From Catajapyx aquilonaris (lineage: Eukaryota), in contig KZ537956.1 in the NCBI GenBank assembly GCA_000934665.2, positions 1 through 64,000 of the forward strand: a stretch of 64,000 bases of DNA, written 5' to 3'. Below, in pieces: positions 1-10,504 of the stretch. The translations under genes and the position numbers were made by a program. Below the pieces are notes generated by a model. It was given only the letters and a program-made list of their open reading frames with translations, was not told the DNA's origin and did not search any database. The first letter of the stretch is position 1. Every line of letters starts with the position of its first letter.

Positions 1-272
1 GGTGATCTGGTGGTTAGGGCGCTCACCACTAGTCCCAAAGTTGTGGGTTCGAACCCGGCAGAGGTCGGTGACTTTTCTCCGGGTGGTAGAAAAGTGAGAG
101 TGCGCCTTCCTTCGGAGGGGAAGTAAAGCCGTCGGTCCCGTGCGCTTGTGACATTGCGCAAGTGCACCTTAAAGATCCCGGGAGTGGCCAAATTTCCAGG
201 AGGAGGACCACCCCCTGGCGTCCCCCACTAAAGTATTGGTAAATTCCCCACTAATTGGTAAATTCATTGGTG
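1..272 (+). mobile_element. tRNA-derived SINE (5' end cut by the window edge)
   Basis: A-box-like TGGTGGTTAG (8-17) and B-box GGTTCGAACCC (45-55), then a non-tRNA body (GGAGGGGAAGTAAAGCCGTCGGTCCC...GCACCTTAAAGATCCC) resembling conserved invertebrate SINE central domains, and a short tandem-repeat tail (ATTGGTAAATTC twice) at about 224-272. Confidence 0.75.
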
Positions 273-410
273 ACTATTGTGCAGTATAGTAGGATATAAA
301 AGGCAGTGTTGGGCAGTGCCAGCCAGACTGTTTGGCAAATATGGTTCAGATGACCTCACTCAGGCAGCGGGAAATCCCCGGAGGTAGCAATATAAGGACG
401 AGGTACATAG

Positions 411-482
411 AGTTCCTGAGGTTACCCAAGCCAGCAGTGCAACAACTTTGTTGCACTGCTGGCTTGGGTAACCTCAGGAACT
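411..482. repeat. Perfect 72-bp hairpin palindrome (35-bp arms, 2-nt loop)
   Basis: AGTTCCTGAGGTTACCCAAGCCAGCAGTGCAACAA (411-445), loop CT, exact reverse complement at 448-482. Confidence 0.95.
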
Positions 483-489
483 GTACAAA

Positions 490-830
490 TTCAGATTCTG
501 CGGGTCTGGAAATCCATGCCATCTTGTGCAGTCGATTCTTCGTTGTCCAGGCTGAGATGTCCAGGTGCTGCTGTTCCAACAGCTAGCCCATCAGATGGTT
601 GGGAAGGATCTCCATTCATGGTGGTGAGGATGGGAACGTCCTGCTGCCGAGTGGTCTCCCTGCCTTTCAGTGGTCCTCCAGTCCATCCTCCTCATGCTAT
701 CTGTATAGTTTAACTTGATGGCAGACATGTTCAGACACACTGACTTCTCAAACGATAAGAGTGATGATATTCCCACCCTTCCACTTCTCTACAATCCAAT
801 CTCCGGTAACTTCAGATGTTTGTGAACATC
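490..830 (-). pseudogene. Degenerate Tc1-like transposase N-terminal (DNA-binding) fragment
   Basis: Minus-strand translation across frameshifts gives GLEDH*KAGRP / TTRQQD / LDISAWTTKNRLHKMAWISRPA, matching the Tc1 GRPR..TT..D and (I/V)S..T..NRL motifs. No DDE domain or TIRs seen. Confidence 0.55.
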
Positions 831-1342
831 TTTTCAGAGCTAGTTCGCAATAAAGAGTGCCTTTTTGGTCGTGTCGGGGTCACCCAGCAGGCAGGCAGTG
901 ACATGCAATGGAAGAGGGCTGGGATATTAGCTGTAGTAATGTGGGGCAAGTGATAGTGACTGAGACCAGATATTGCCGTTGTTACCAACTTCACATATGA
1001 TTCTGAATTTCTAACCTTGATTAGGAGTTGATGACATTCAGTGTATGGATGGCAAATTAAACAGGCAGACACATATCCAACAGCTTCCATGTCATTAGGA
1101 AATTCCATACTCAAATTTTAATGATAACAGCACATTTTTAAAAACCTAACCCATTCCATGTGCATGAGATATGCATCATACAATAATGCATTATTATTTT
1201 GCATTAATAGGCACACCTGTCACATCATCAGTGTCAGTCTATCAAAAACAATGGCAACAAGCTCAGGGAGCACTGCATGAACAGCAAATGAAGGTAAGGC
1301 AGACACACAGCACACTGTTTTCCTGAAGCATTTTTAAATGTA

Positions 1343-2597
1343 CGAGGTAGGCGCCAAAAGTTTCCGTCATGGCTATGTTCCAGGGGTGATGGAAATATAA
1401 CGACAGTGTCATTTTTCAATATAGTCTCCTTCTACATCAATTCACGTCTTATATCTCATAATTATCATTTCAATACCTCTGGAAGAATAGTCCGAAGTTT
1501 TCCCTACAAAATGCTCGTATACTGCCTCTTACACCCCTTCATCACTTTTAAACCGTACCTTGAAGTTCTTTTTTGAGTTTGGATAACAGGTAATAGTCAC
1601 TAGGGGCCAGTAGGGTGGGTGATCAAGCTCCTCGAAGCCACAGTTCCTCACAGCAGTCTTGGAAACATTGTCCTGTAACCTGGTTCATTATCCAGATGTT
1701 GGAGAACACCCCAACTCAACTTCCCGCATCTGTTCTTCATGGCATCACGAAACCTGTGCAGCAGGCCAGGGTAAGACTCCCCGTAGACAATCGAGGTTTA
1801 ATCCTTGAAGTCTATTAGTAAGATTCCTTTGGAATTCTAAAGAACCGTCGCCATGGTCTTCTTGGTTGACCGGGTCACTCGGCCGCTTTCCACCTGCCCT
1901 AAGCTATTCCATTAATTCTCATTTTGATAGAGGATCATAGCACGGGACCATAGTTTCATCTCCTGTGACGATGAACTCCAGTACTTCTTTCTGTTTGCCA
2001 CGGCAAAGGTCCGAAAACGTTTCGCAACATGTTACGCATTTTTGCTTTTTAATTGCGGACAGAAGTTGGGGCACCCATCTTGTGCTGACCTTTTTCATGT
2101 GAAGGTGTTCATGAATAATGAGAGGAATGGTGGTGTCTGAAAGCCACAACCTTCCCAAGAGTTCCTCCACCTCCAAGGGCCTGCTTGCAGCACCTACTCC
2201 TCCACAAGAGAGACGGTCTCTGCAGTCATCACCTCCACGGGCCGAAAGTTGCATAGCCCGCCTTCGATGTTCTCTCAGCCCAAACGAAACTGCTTAGCCC
2301 ATTCCTTCATGGTGGAATATGAAGAGGAAGCTTCACCATACACACCACCTAAGGCCTGTTTAATAGACATCGTAGTAAGGCCTTCCTTGGTGAGGAACTT
2401 GATCACTCTCGATACTCGATTTTCACCATGTTGCAACTCGTCTAACTAAAGTTGACTTTTCTAAGAGACTGACTGACGTTGCCGGGTGAAACTTGTACAT
2501 TCCTCAACTCATGGTTGGGACTACCTGACACTATAGTTGTTTCATTTCTATCACCCCTGGAACATAGCCAGGACGGAAACTTTTGGCGCCTACCTCG
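1343..2597 (-). mobile_element. Full-length decayed mariner (Tc1/mariner) DNA transposon, 1255 bp
   Basis: TIRs starting CGAGGTAGGCGCCAAAAGTTTCCGTC at 1343, reverse complement ending at 2597, matching over about 65 bp. TA on both sides (1341-1342, 2598-2599). Internal transposase remnant. Confidence 0.95.
1409..2429 (-). pseudogene. Mariner transposase pseudogene
   Basis: MVKIEYR/VIKFL...EWAKQFRLG* N-terminus, WVPQLL, IVTGDET, HPPY/LAPSDYYL (YSPDLAP partly deleted) and C-terminal GDYIEK*. Several stops and frameshifts. Confidence 0.9.
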
Positions 2598-2690
2598 TAT
2601 GCTCATTGAAGTGGTGCCAGGTTGATTCATGCACTCTTCCATCCACACCCACATTTGGTACTGCTTGTACACCCTACAGGTGTTTTGACA

Positions 2691-2866
2691 TGGATACATC
2701 TTTAAAATCAGATCAGGGAGAATGCAGGCTAACTCGGGCGTGATGAAAAAGCGTTATAGTCAGGGCACTGCCAGGGGGCCCCCTGGCAGGGCCCTGATTG
2801 TGACGCTTTTTCGTCACGCCTGAGTTAGCCTGCATGCCCCCTGATCCGATTTTAAAGATGTATCCA
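2691..2866. repeat. 176-bp near-perfect palindrome with no loop (fold-back or MITE-like)
   Basis: Two 88-bp arms centred on GGGGG/CCCCC (2774-2783), with about 9 mismatches, mostly transitions. Confidence 0.9.
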
Positions 2867-3083
2867 CGCCTGCATGCCCCCGCCATTATAGTCGAGAAAA
2901 GTGAAACATAATGTAGGTTGAGCCCGCAAAAGCTGCGGCTTGTGTCCCCAACACAACCTAATGAAATTTTTTTCCTGCAGTGTAGAACAGGCCTTTCGCT
3001 AGAGACACTTCTATAAGCATATCTAAAACAGTGTGCAGATGTAAGTTTTTTTTTTGTTTGTTTGTTTAAAAAATATATATATA

Positions 3084-3997
3084 TCTTAATCTATAAATGA
3101 GGAGAGTTTGTTTGTTTGTCCCTTATAGAAATCCAGGGGAAAGCCCCTACACCGCCTTAAATTAGCATATCGGGGGTTACATTTTTCAAGGAATTTAATG
3201 CCGCATGTTTCAGCTTCCGAAAATGAACCTAACTCCCACAACACGCATATTCCCGAATCTTCTCACTTCACGGGTCTCAACAATTAACATAATTACATCA
3301 ACTTCTATAGCAACAGCAACATTTTATCTTTTCCCAAGTTCGCAATCCCATGGAAATGCCCTTATGCAACAATACCTATCAAAGTAATGCATTTGCATTG
3401 CGTCTATTATATCCTGGACCTCTTTTTTTTTGCAAGTCCCATCGCCGTAAATTATTCAACTCATCCGCCAATTACGCTAATTGGCCACCTCACGTGAGTT
3501 CATATGGTATGATCATTCTGGGATTTTGTAGATTTGAAATTAGACTTCCCGACACAAATAAATACAAAAAAAATGATTAAAAAAAAAAATTACGCAGTGT
3601 TGAAAACAAAATTTCCCACCAGGCATCTGTATGTACATTTCTCAAGTTCTTCAGGGCAAACAGTTGGAACGAGGTGGGGGTGTGAGGTAGGGGTGAGGGG
3701 TCATGGGGTCAAATATTCTGGGGAAAAACATGATGGCTGTGCAGTCTTTTCCTGGGCCAAATTCATCCCCATTCCTCTTTTTACACATCCATTCAGAATT
3801 GACTACGCTATAACCAAAGCAGGCAATCTATCACAGATAGTGACAAACTTTGGCTTATTGTAACTTGGCCTTATTTTAAGGTGCATCGAGTTCCAGTGTA
3901 CGGAACGCAAATTTTACAAACAAGCAAACTTCCAAAAATATACCCTTACCTTTAACAGCATCCCAACATACCCGGGCAACGCCGGGTAACCTGCTAG
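3084..3997 (+). mobile_element. Non-autonomous Helitron, about 914 bp, inserted in an (AT)n tract
   Basis: 5' A^TC at 3083/3084 followed by (GTTT)n. Subterminal hairpin CCCGG-GCAACG-CCGGG (3971-3986), then CTAG^T at 3994-3998. No TIRs. (AT)n on both flanks. Confidence 0.85.
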
Positions 3998-4019
3998 TAT
4001 ATATATATACCCCGTGATA

Positions 4020-4263
4020 GAGCTCGTGGTTCTCTTACGAGGGAAGGGGAGGTTCCCAAGGGAGGGCGCCGTAATTTTTAGTCATTTCTGACTTTGTGAA
4101 ATACACCAGATCTTTTCTGCTGGCCCCGGGCAGAGTAGGGAGTGCATGTCGGGTGAAAAGAGGAAAAAGACCCGGCCAAGCAGAGGTGACGGGGACGGGA
4201 TTTGAACCCCGGCCTCCCGCTTGGCTGGCCAGCGGCGTCACCGTTAGACCACCATGCCGCCCC
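4020..4263 (-). mobile_element. tRNA-derived SINE (second family)
   Basis: Minus strand GGGGCGGCATGGTGGTCTAACGG (A box) ... GGTTCAAATCC (B box) with an irregular anticodon arm, followed by unrelated body sequence. The 3' boundary is approximate. Confidence 0.65.
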
Positions 4264-4539
4264 TGGAAGTGTTGTTTTACAAATATATCTGTGGCTGAAA
4301 AAAGGTGCAATTTTAGACCCTTCACCCCTAAGAACAAGAGTTGTCTTATGTTAGTTCTCTTTGCTACACAGGCATAGGTTTCAAATTAATAGTGGAATAG
4401 CTATTCTTCATCACATTTGGTATTTTCTTTGCTAAAAAATTGCATAATGTGAACTGCATTGTTTAATTATCCGAGATTACTGTAGAACAAAATAATTAAC
4501 AAATAATAACCCACTTTTTCCATTCACCAGGCAGATACA

Positions 4540-6261
4540 TTAAGGCATGTCTCCTGCTTCATAATGCAAATGGAATATCACAGAGTTCGGAGTTGTAATG
4601 TCTGCCACGACCATTTCCTGCCCGTCCATCAGACCAAGTTCAGCCAGGGTTTTCTTCAGGTTGGGTCGAGTCTTCTCTTCAATGCTGGACACCGTCTGGA
4701 TGTAGAGAGTCTTGTTCTTTCCACTCACAGTTGTTGTAATGCCAGGACCCTGCATCTGGTACTCAGGGTTCTCCTTCAGGTACTGAATCACATCCTGGAG
4801 CTTTGACTCTGGCCTGGAGAATAAGCATGATGAGATGTGGTCAAACGTGAACACAGAACCATAATTACTAATGAAACAAAGAACAGGAAATTTCACTTAT
4901 TAAATGCATTTTTATCAAAAAAATGTTATACGGTATAATAAGAACTCCAATTAATTTTTATCAAAAATTATTTGAGACACAATAAGCCCAAATGAGTAGG
5001 TAGTCTAATATCAATATCTCCTTTAAATTTGCAGCATATGAAAACCATTTCCCAAACTTTCCATTTCCCTCACGGATGACAATGCTCACCTGAACCTCAT
5101 GGTATGCGGTGTCCCTCCACATGCAACGCAATCCTCCTTCTTGTCTGCCTTGAACGTGTATGAGTACACTCCATCAGCATCATTAAAGACCATGTAGTTG
5201 TCTAGAGGGTTGCAACAGCTGGTGGCAATCTTAAATACTTCCGTGGCACAGGCAGCGGCCACAACTGCATTGGTAGATGCCACTGCTGGTATAATGTTCT
5301 TAACCACGCCTTGAGTCAGCCGGTACGTAACCCCAGAGATGCCATATTGCGATGCACGTTCAGTAGCCTTTTCATAAATCCAGTTAAGATGGTGTGGATC
5401 ATCTCCATCAATTGGCACGTCCTCTCCAAATGGGTTATCCTTGGGCCACAAAAGCACACGCACATACTCAATGCAATGCTCTGGTAAACGTGGCGTATGG
5501 GCAATGGTGCACAATGGGAACGTGACCTGTGGCGGATACAAGTCCAGTGTGCACTCGATGCATGCCGTCAGACCTGGAAGTATGACCCTGACATTCCCTT
5601 TGAATCCCTCGGTACCAGCGTCCACCATGGGTATGATTGAAGATTGATCAACCATGCCATCTTCATAGTTTAGCAGCGATATCATCATCCCATTCAGCCA
5701 ACGCCGTGCAACCACGGAGTCTAGTCCGCACACGACAATATGAAACTGGCGGTAAAAGGAGTCATCCTTGTCCTGTATCTTACAAAAGTGTGGCATCACG
5801 CAGCAACCTGGGACCCTCTGGTTGATGAACTCAGCCGCTGCCTGTGCCTTGGATCGCCCAACATCCACTGCACGGAACAGAAACTGCCGGTTCAAGTTGG
5901 AGACATCAATGGTGTCCATGTCAATGACATGCAGGTGGCGGAATCCAAGAAGCGCAAGGTTCTTCAGCAGCTCGCATCCAATACCCCCCGCCCCAACCAC
6001 CAGGAGTCGACATGATTCAAGAAGGAAGCCGAGAGTGTCCGGCGACGGTGTGAAGTCTGGGTGAGCAAACGGGCCTGCAATTTAACAACATCTGTCATAC
6101 ATGCTTTGCCATGGGTTAGCAAATAACATCAGCAACAAACATCAGATGAAAGCGTGTCGTCGTGTCGTGAGCTACTTGCCTGGTCTCTCAAGCAGCTTCC
6201 TGATGTGGTTCCATCTTCCGCTCCAGTCCTCTGAGGACGTGGCGGGAGAGGCAGAGGACAT
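4540..6261 (-). CDS. UBA3: NEDD8-activating enzyme E1 catalytic subunit, 446 aa; exons 6261-6180, 6074-5090, 4813-4540
   Basis: [21 protein letters not shown]-terminus, GAGGIGCE nucleotide-binding loop, [16 protein letters not shown], catalytic [19 protein letters not shown] and C-terminal E2-binding domain. Exons sum to 1341 nt with consistent phases. Intron 1 is GC-AG, intron 2 is GT-AG. Confidence 0.96.
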
Positions 6262-6528
6262 GGCTTGCTCCTCTTCTATAGGCACCTTCCTACCTGTCCA
6301 GTGAAGGATCAGGCTAGAAAATGAAAGGAAAGAAAAGCCAACAGATGAGCAGAACAAGGAAAAAGAAATGCCGGCAGCAATATGGCGGACCACGGGGTGG
6401 AAAGAAGCAGAGCGGTTACGCCGACCCGTCATCCTAAAAGCGGCTGTTTTAAACCGCTAGTGAATGACACGATATCAATAGCCAGAAGAAACAGATCAAG
6501 AGAAAGTTATATCACTGCACTGCACTGC

Positions 6529-6534
6529 TTTATT
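6529..6534 (-). terminator. Candidate polyadenylation signal AATAAA of BED-BESS-like gene A
   Basis: TTTATT on the plus strand about 300 nt past the stop codon. A second candidate lies at about 6637. Confidence 0.45.
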
Positions 6535-6829
6535 TGATGTTTCTCTGATTATACACGGCAGAAGCAATTCCTTAACATAATTATCCAGAGTTTAAATCGT
6601 ACACTTCATTCTCATGTGACAAAATAAATGAGACCATTTATTTCTCGTGAAATCCACAGCGTCTGGTTATAAAACTTCCAGTTCAGTGTCTGTACTTGAT
6701 ATAAACCGTTGTTACCATGGGAGATGCCAGAGCTATGAAAGTCACTTGCACTGATGTTGGGCACTGGCCATACCCACAAGCAAGACCATTGCATGATTTT
6801 TCCACCAAGAGTTCCCTTCACTCAAGTGT

Positions 6830-8022
6830 TTATCCTATAGGATCGTGGTTTTCAACAGTGGCATCACTGGCTTGCATTATAGTTTGAGAAGTAGCCTGAG
6901 CCTCGGCTGATGCTTCTGCCGCCTGTGCAGCACGCCGCTCCTCCCGCAGTCGCTGTCCCTCAAACACAGCCAGGACAATGTTCTGCTTGACCTGCGTTTG
7001 GATATCTCCAAACTGCAGTTCGCGCAACTCGGAGGCGATAAACTTCCCAAACAAGTCCCACTGTTCTTCCCTGGCTGGTGTAAACTTTGGCATGTGTTGG
7101 AACGGGCTGAACATTGTGGTTGGAGTCTGAATCAGCGGTTTGGCGTCCACGGTCTTTCGAGGCCTCTTTACGGGGGTCTTTCGCGCCTTGGCATTCTTCT
7201 TCTGGTTGCCTGTGCCATCGCCTCCCTCCTCAACAACAGTTGCCTGAAATTCATATACACATTTTAGAAACACTGAACACAAGTGTACAAGTAGTACTAC
7301 TTTGGATTTCCACAGTGGAATCCGGTATCCAGAACCATATACAAACAGTATAGCTATAGGTTTACTCTCAACGCGTGCTTGTGGTATGGCAGTAAAAACC
7401 AAGGCATCCCTCACGTTGTGAGCCGCAACGTACCTCCAGAGACGGGTCTCCCTCGAAGTGCCTCCTGACTGCAATGGTAGACGGAGGTGCTGCAATGAGC
7501 CAAAAAGAGAGAGAGAGAGAGAGATGATAATGTCATCACAATATTATTCGTAAATATCGCGAGTCCCTCCCAGGCCAGCATCGATTGCCAAGCAAATCGA
7601 TCCGGTTTTTACATCGATATCAAATCGATATGAGTAGACATCGATTTGCTGCTGCTGATATCGATGGGTACAGTGTACGGGCGATATATTCAAACCCGAC
7701 TCCCGGCCACAGGGGGAATATAAAGACGAGGCGTACCAGTTTCCGATGCGTCGACCCCTTCCAGAGGCACGACGTGCACGATGTCCACCACGATCTCCCC
7801 CGTCTCGTTGAAGTAGTCCCTGTGGTTCCTGACCAGGTGGGAGCGGAGGTTGGTCGTGTTTCCCCCGGTCTTGACCTCCTTGTGGCAGGCGTAGCACTGC
7901 CATACCCCGCCGTCCTTCTTGGCGAAGAAGGACTTGATCCTCGAAGCCGCCTTCTGAGGGGTCACCGTCACCCCCGCCTGCCCCGCGCCCTCGTGCACCT
8001 GGTCCTGCTGGGTCGCCTGCAT
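6830..8022 (-). CDS. BED zinc finger + C-terminal BESS-like protein A, about 251 aa; exons 8022-7737, 7489-7434, 7243-6830
   Basis: BED motif WQCYAC...GNTTNLRSHLVRNH, basic NLS-like KKNAKARKTPVKRPRK, C-terminal DLFGKFIASELREL...VKQNIVLAVFE. GT-AG introns of phase 1 and 0, total 756 nt. In-frame TGA upstream of the ATG at 8022. Confidence 0.82.
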
Positions 8023-8266
8023 TGCACGTACGTGCGGTGCCACACTGCTGGTGCGGCGTGCTGCTCAGCCGATGATAAATACACCGTGTGTGTGGTGGAT
8101 AGATAGGACGATCTAGCGTCGGTTTCACAGCTGCAGGGGCCAGGGGCGGAGGGAGTGGTAGCAGCACAGGCCGGCAGGGGGAAGCACCACGCTGGTACAA
8201 CACCACCACTGATAATACCACACTTTTGCTCCTGTATTTTCGCACGCGAATATTTAGAGCGAGGTT

Positions 8267-8373
8267 CGATAAACGGGCAAAATCGGATGGATTATTATAA
8301 ATATTGATATATCGATTATTATATGAAAGGGACAGCGAGAGGCGTATCAAGTTACTTATCGATGTTATCGATA
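8267..8373. promoter_or_regulatory. CGATA cluster with a perfect DRE (TATCGATA, 8366-8373) upstream of gene A
   Basis: CGATA/TATCG at 8267, 8310, 8357 and 8366-8373, in a CpG-rich stretch 250-350 bp upstream of the ATG. Confidence 0.55.
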
Positions 8374-9815
8374 GACGCGGTCGGGTACTATTCCAGCTCC
8401 GAGAAAATCATCTGCGGATCAGGATCGACCGCCAAGTTTGAACGGGAGGCTGGATTACACTCATTTATTTATATGAGGAAAAATAACATTCCCTTCAGTT
8501 TTAAAAAAGGGTAGTTTAAGGCCTTCGTGGCAGACTGAAAGCACTGAAACAAGGCAGGCGCCGCACATAAGACCAATATATTGATTGAAGCTAAGTACCA
8601 TATAGGTGTTAATCGAGCAATTATCGGAAATTAATTCTTTTAGCAGCATTTTTCCGTTTTTTCCGGCTTTTTTTCCATTCCCCTAGCACTACATGGTAAC
8701 ATTCATGACAAGAGGGCAATTATGTGCTCATTCTCTGGATTTTATTACAATAAAAATATGAACATTTAACCCTTAAATTAACAAAATATTCTTCATCCCA
8801 ATTTTCTTCTGTGCGTAAGTTAAATCTGAACCAAGCCAATGGGAAAGGCAAACATTGGAGAAGCTCAAGGTCAGCTTCTCTCTGACTATGGTGTAAATAA
8901 AAAAACACACAATAAAAAATAAAAAATAAATCAAAATAGTAAAGGCATGGACTATCCCTCATCTCAAAATTACACACGAGGGCAGTAAATCGATAACTGC
9001 TGCCTAACATGCCTAAATTGGCGAATTCAACGCCACATGCACTAAACTTAGGCAAAATGATGGAGGCTGAGTGTAAATTATGTGAAAAAATAACTGCAGC
9101 TGCTTGGATTACATGCAAATGATGCAATCTTTTTAGAGTTTTTAGAGTGTTGGTTTCATTGAAGCAAGCAGCAATCTTAACAATGTGTCGTACCTTTTGT
9201 CAAATTGCGTCAATTGGCATACTACATGGAATGCACCCCTCTACTAATATACAGGGTATTCCAGATTCGCAGGTCACTTTTTGATAACTGATATCACCCA
9301 ATAGCAGGTATGAAATGACTTTCACTTCATCTGGCTAAGGATAATAAGGTAATTTCAATAGTATGGTGAGGTTGTAACAGGAATTGGCGTTGCTAGGTGA
9401 TGTCATCAGGAACAAAATAATGAAGGCAGTAATGATGGGAAAAAAATAAGACAAAAATTCATAACTCCAATTCCGTAGCAGGTAGAACAGTGATGTTTTG
9501 ACCACAGATCCACATCGACCTGTTGCATTCGCCCCTTTGAAGAAGAAACCGAATTCTGAATAGTCATTGAGAAAAAATATATAAACATATTTTTTAGTGG
9601 TTTTTAATTTTATGCGGTGTTTTCAAGAGGAATTGAATTTAGCTATAAATGGTAGGAATGCACAGATGTTCTTCACAATGGTGGGGATCTGTGTTCAAAA
9701 TTTGGAATCTCTACCTACAGCAGAACTGGAGTTAGTAAAAACAACAAGATGATGTTGGAAAAATTCATTGTTGAAATGCTATGCTAAGGTAAAATAATGA
9801 TATTAATATACAGTA

Positions 9816-10152
9816 CAGTAGAACCCCGATTATCCTTCACCCACGGTACCCACCAGGGCATCGTCAGAACACAAAAAAGGTCGGATAGTAATCCAAGACG
9901 TAAAGAAAAATTCAATGAAACACAACAAAAAAACCTGAAATAACGTGCATTATTATGGTTTCTAAGAAATAGTGAAATATTTATCTTTTACATACATACT
10001 CTACTGTACCTGACTGTACTGTATTTACAATTTAACTAAGGCAATACAGAACAAATGCTTAGGACATTACAGCATTTGACGAGAAAACATTTATTGCCAG
10101 AGTGGAACGATCAGATAAAAAGAGGAGTCAGATAATAATTGGGGTTCTACTG
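9816..10152. mobile_element. MITE, Tc1/pogo-like, 337 bp
   Basis: TA^CAGTAGAACCCCGATTATC ... ATTGGGGTTCTACTG^TA: terminal inverted repeats with a TA duplication. Confidence 0.8.
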
Positions 10153-10504
10153 TAAACTAATTTCGCATAAAATCCTAATGTGCGTACAGCTCTTGACAAA
10201 GAAATACCCTGGGGTTGTACTAAAAACTGGCAGCATTTATTATCACAGTCAGGCCCACTTTATTACATGATTTGAATATTTTTGCGCACAGTGTACATAA
10301 ATATGTGTTGCAATTATGATGGCATGCAAACTAAACCTAAGCATCCTAAAAACAGGGCTGTCAGTATAATCTCAGTGATGCCGCAACTATTTTACAGTCC
10401 ATATGCCTTTCCAGTTTTAATGCACAACATAAGAAAATGAATGATTACATGCCAATGTATTCCAATATCTTGCAGCTCATGATTGTCCAATTCTTGGTGA
10501 GATA

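Noticed and set aside
4190..4263. tRNA gene call for the A/B-box elements here and at 1-60
   Set aside because: Anticodon arms are irregular and both continue into SINE-like bodies.
7544..8350. Long alternative-frame and antisense ORFs (7544-8350 -, 7585-8106 +)
   Set aside because: Shadow ORFs of the GC-rich first exon of BED gene A, with no recognisable domain.
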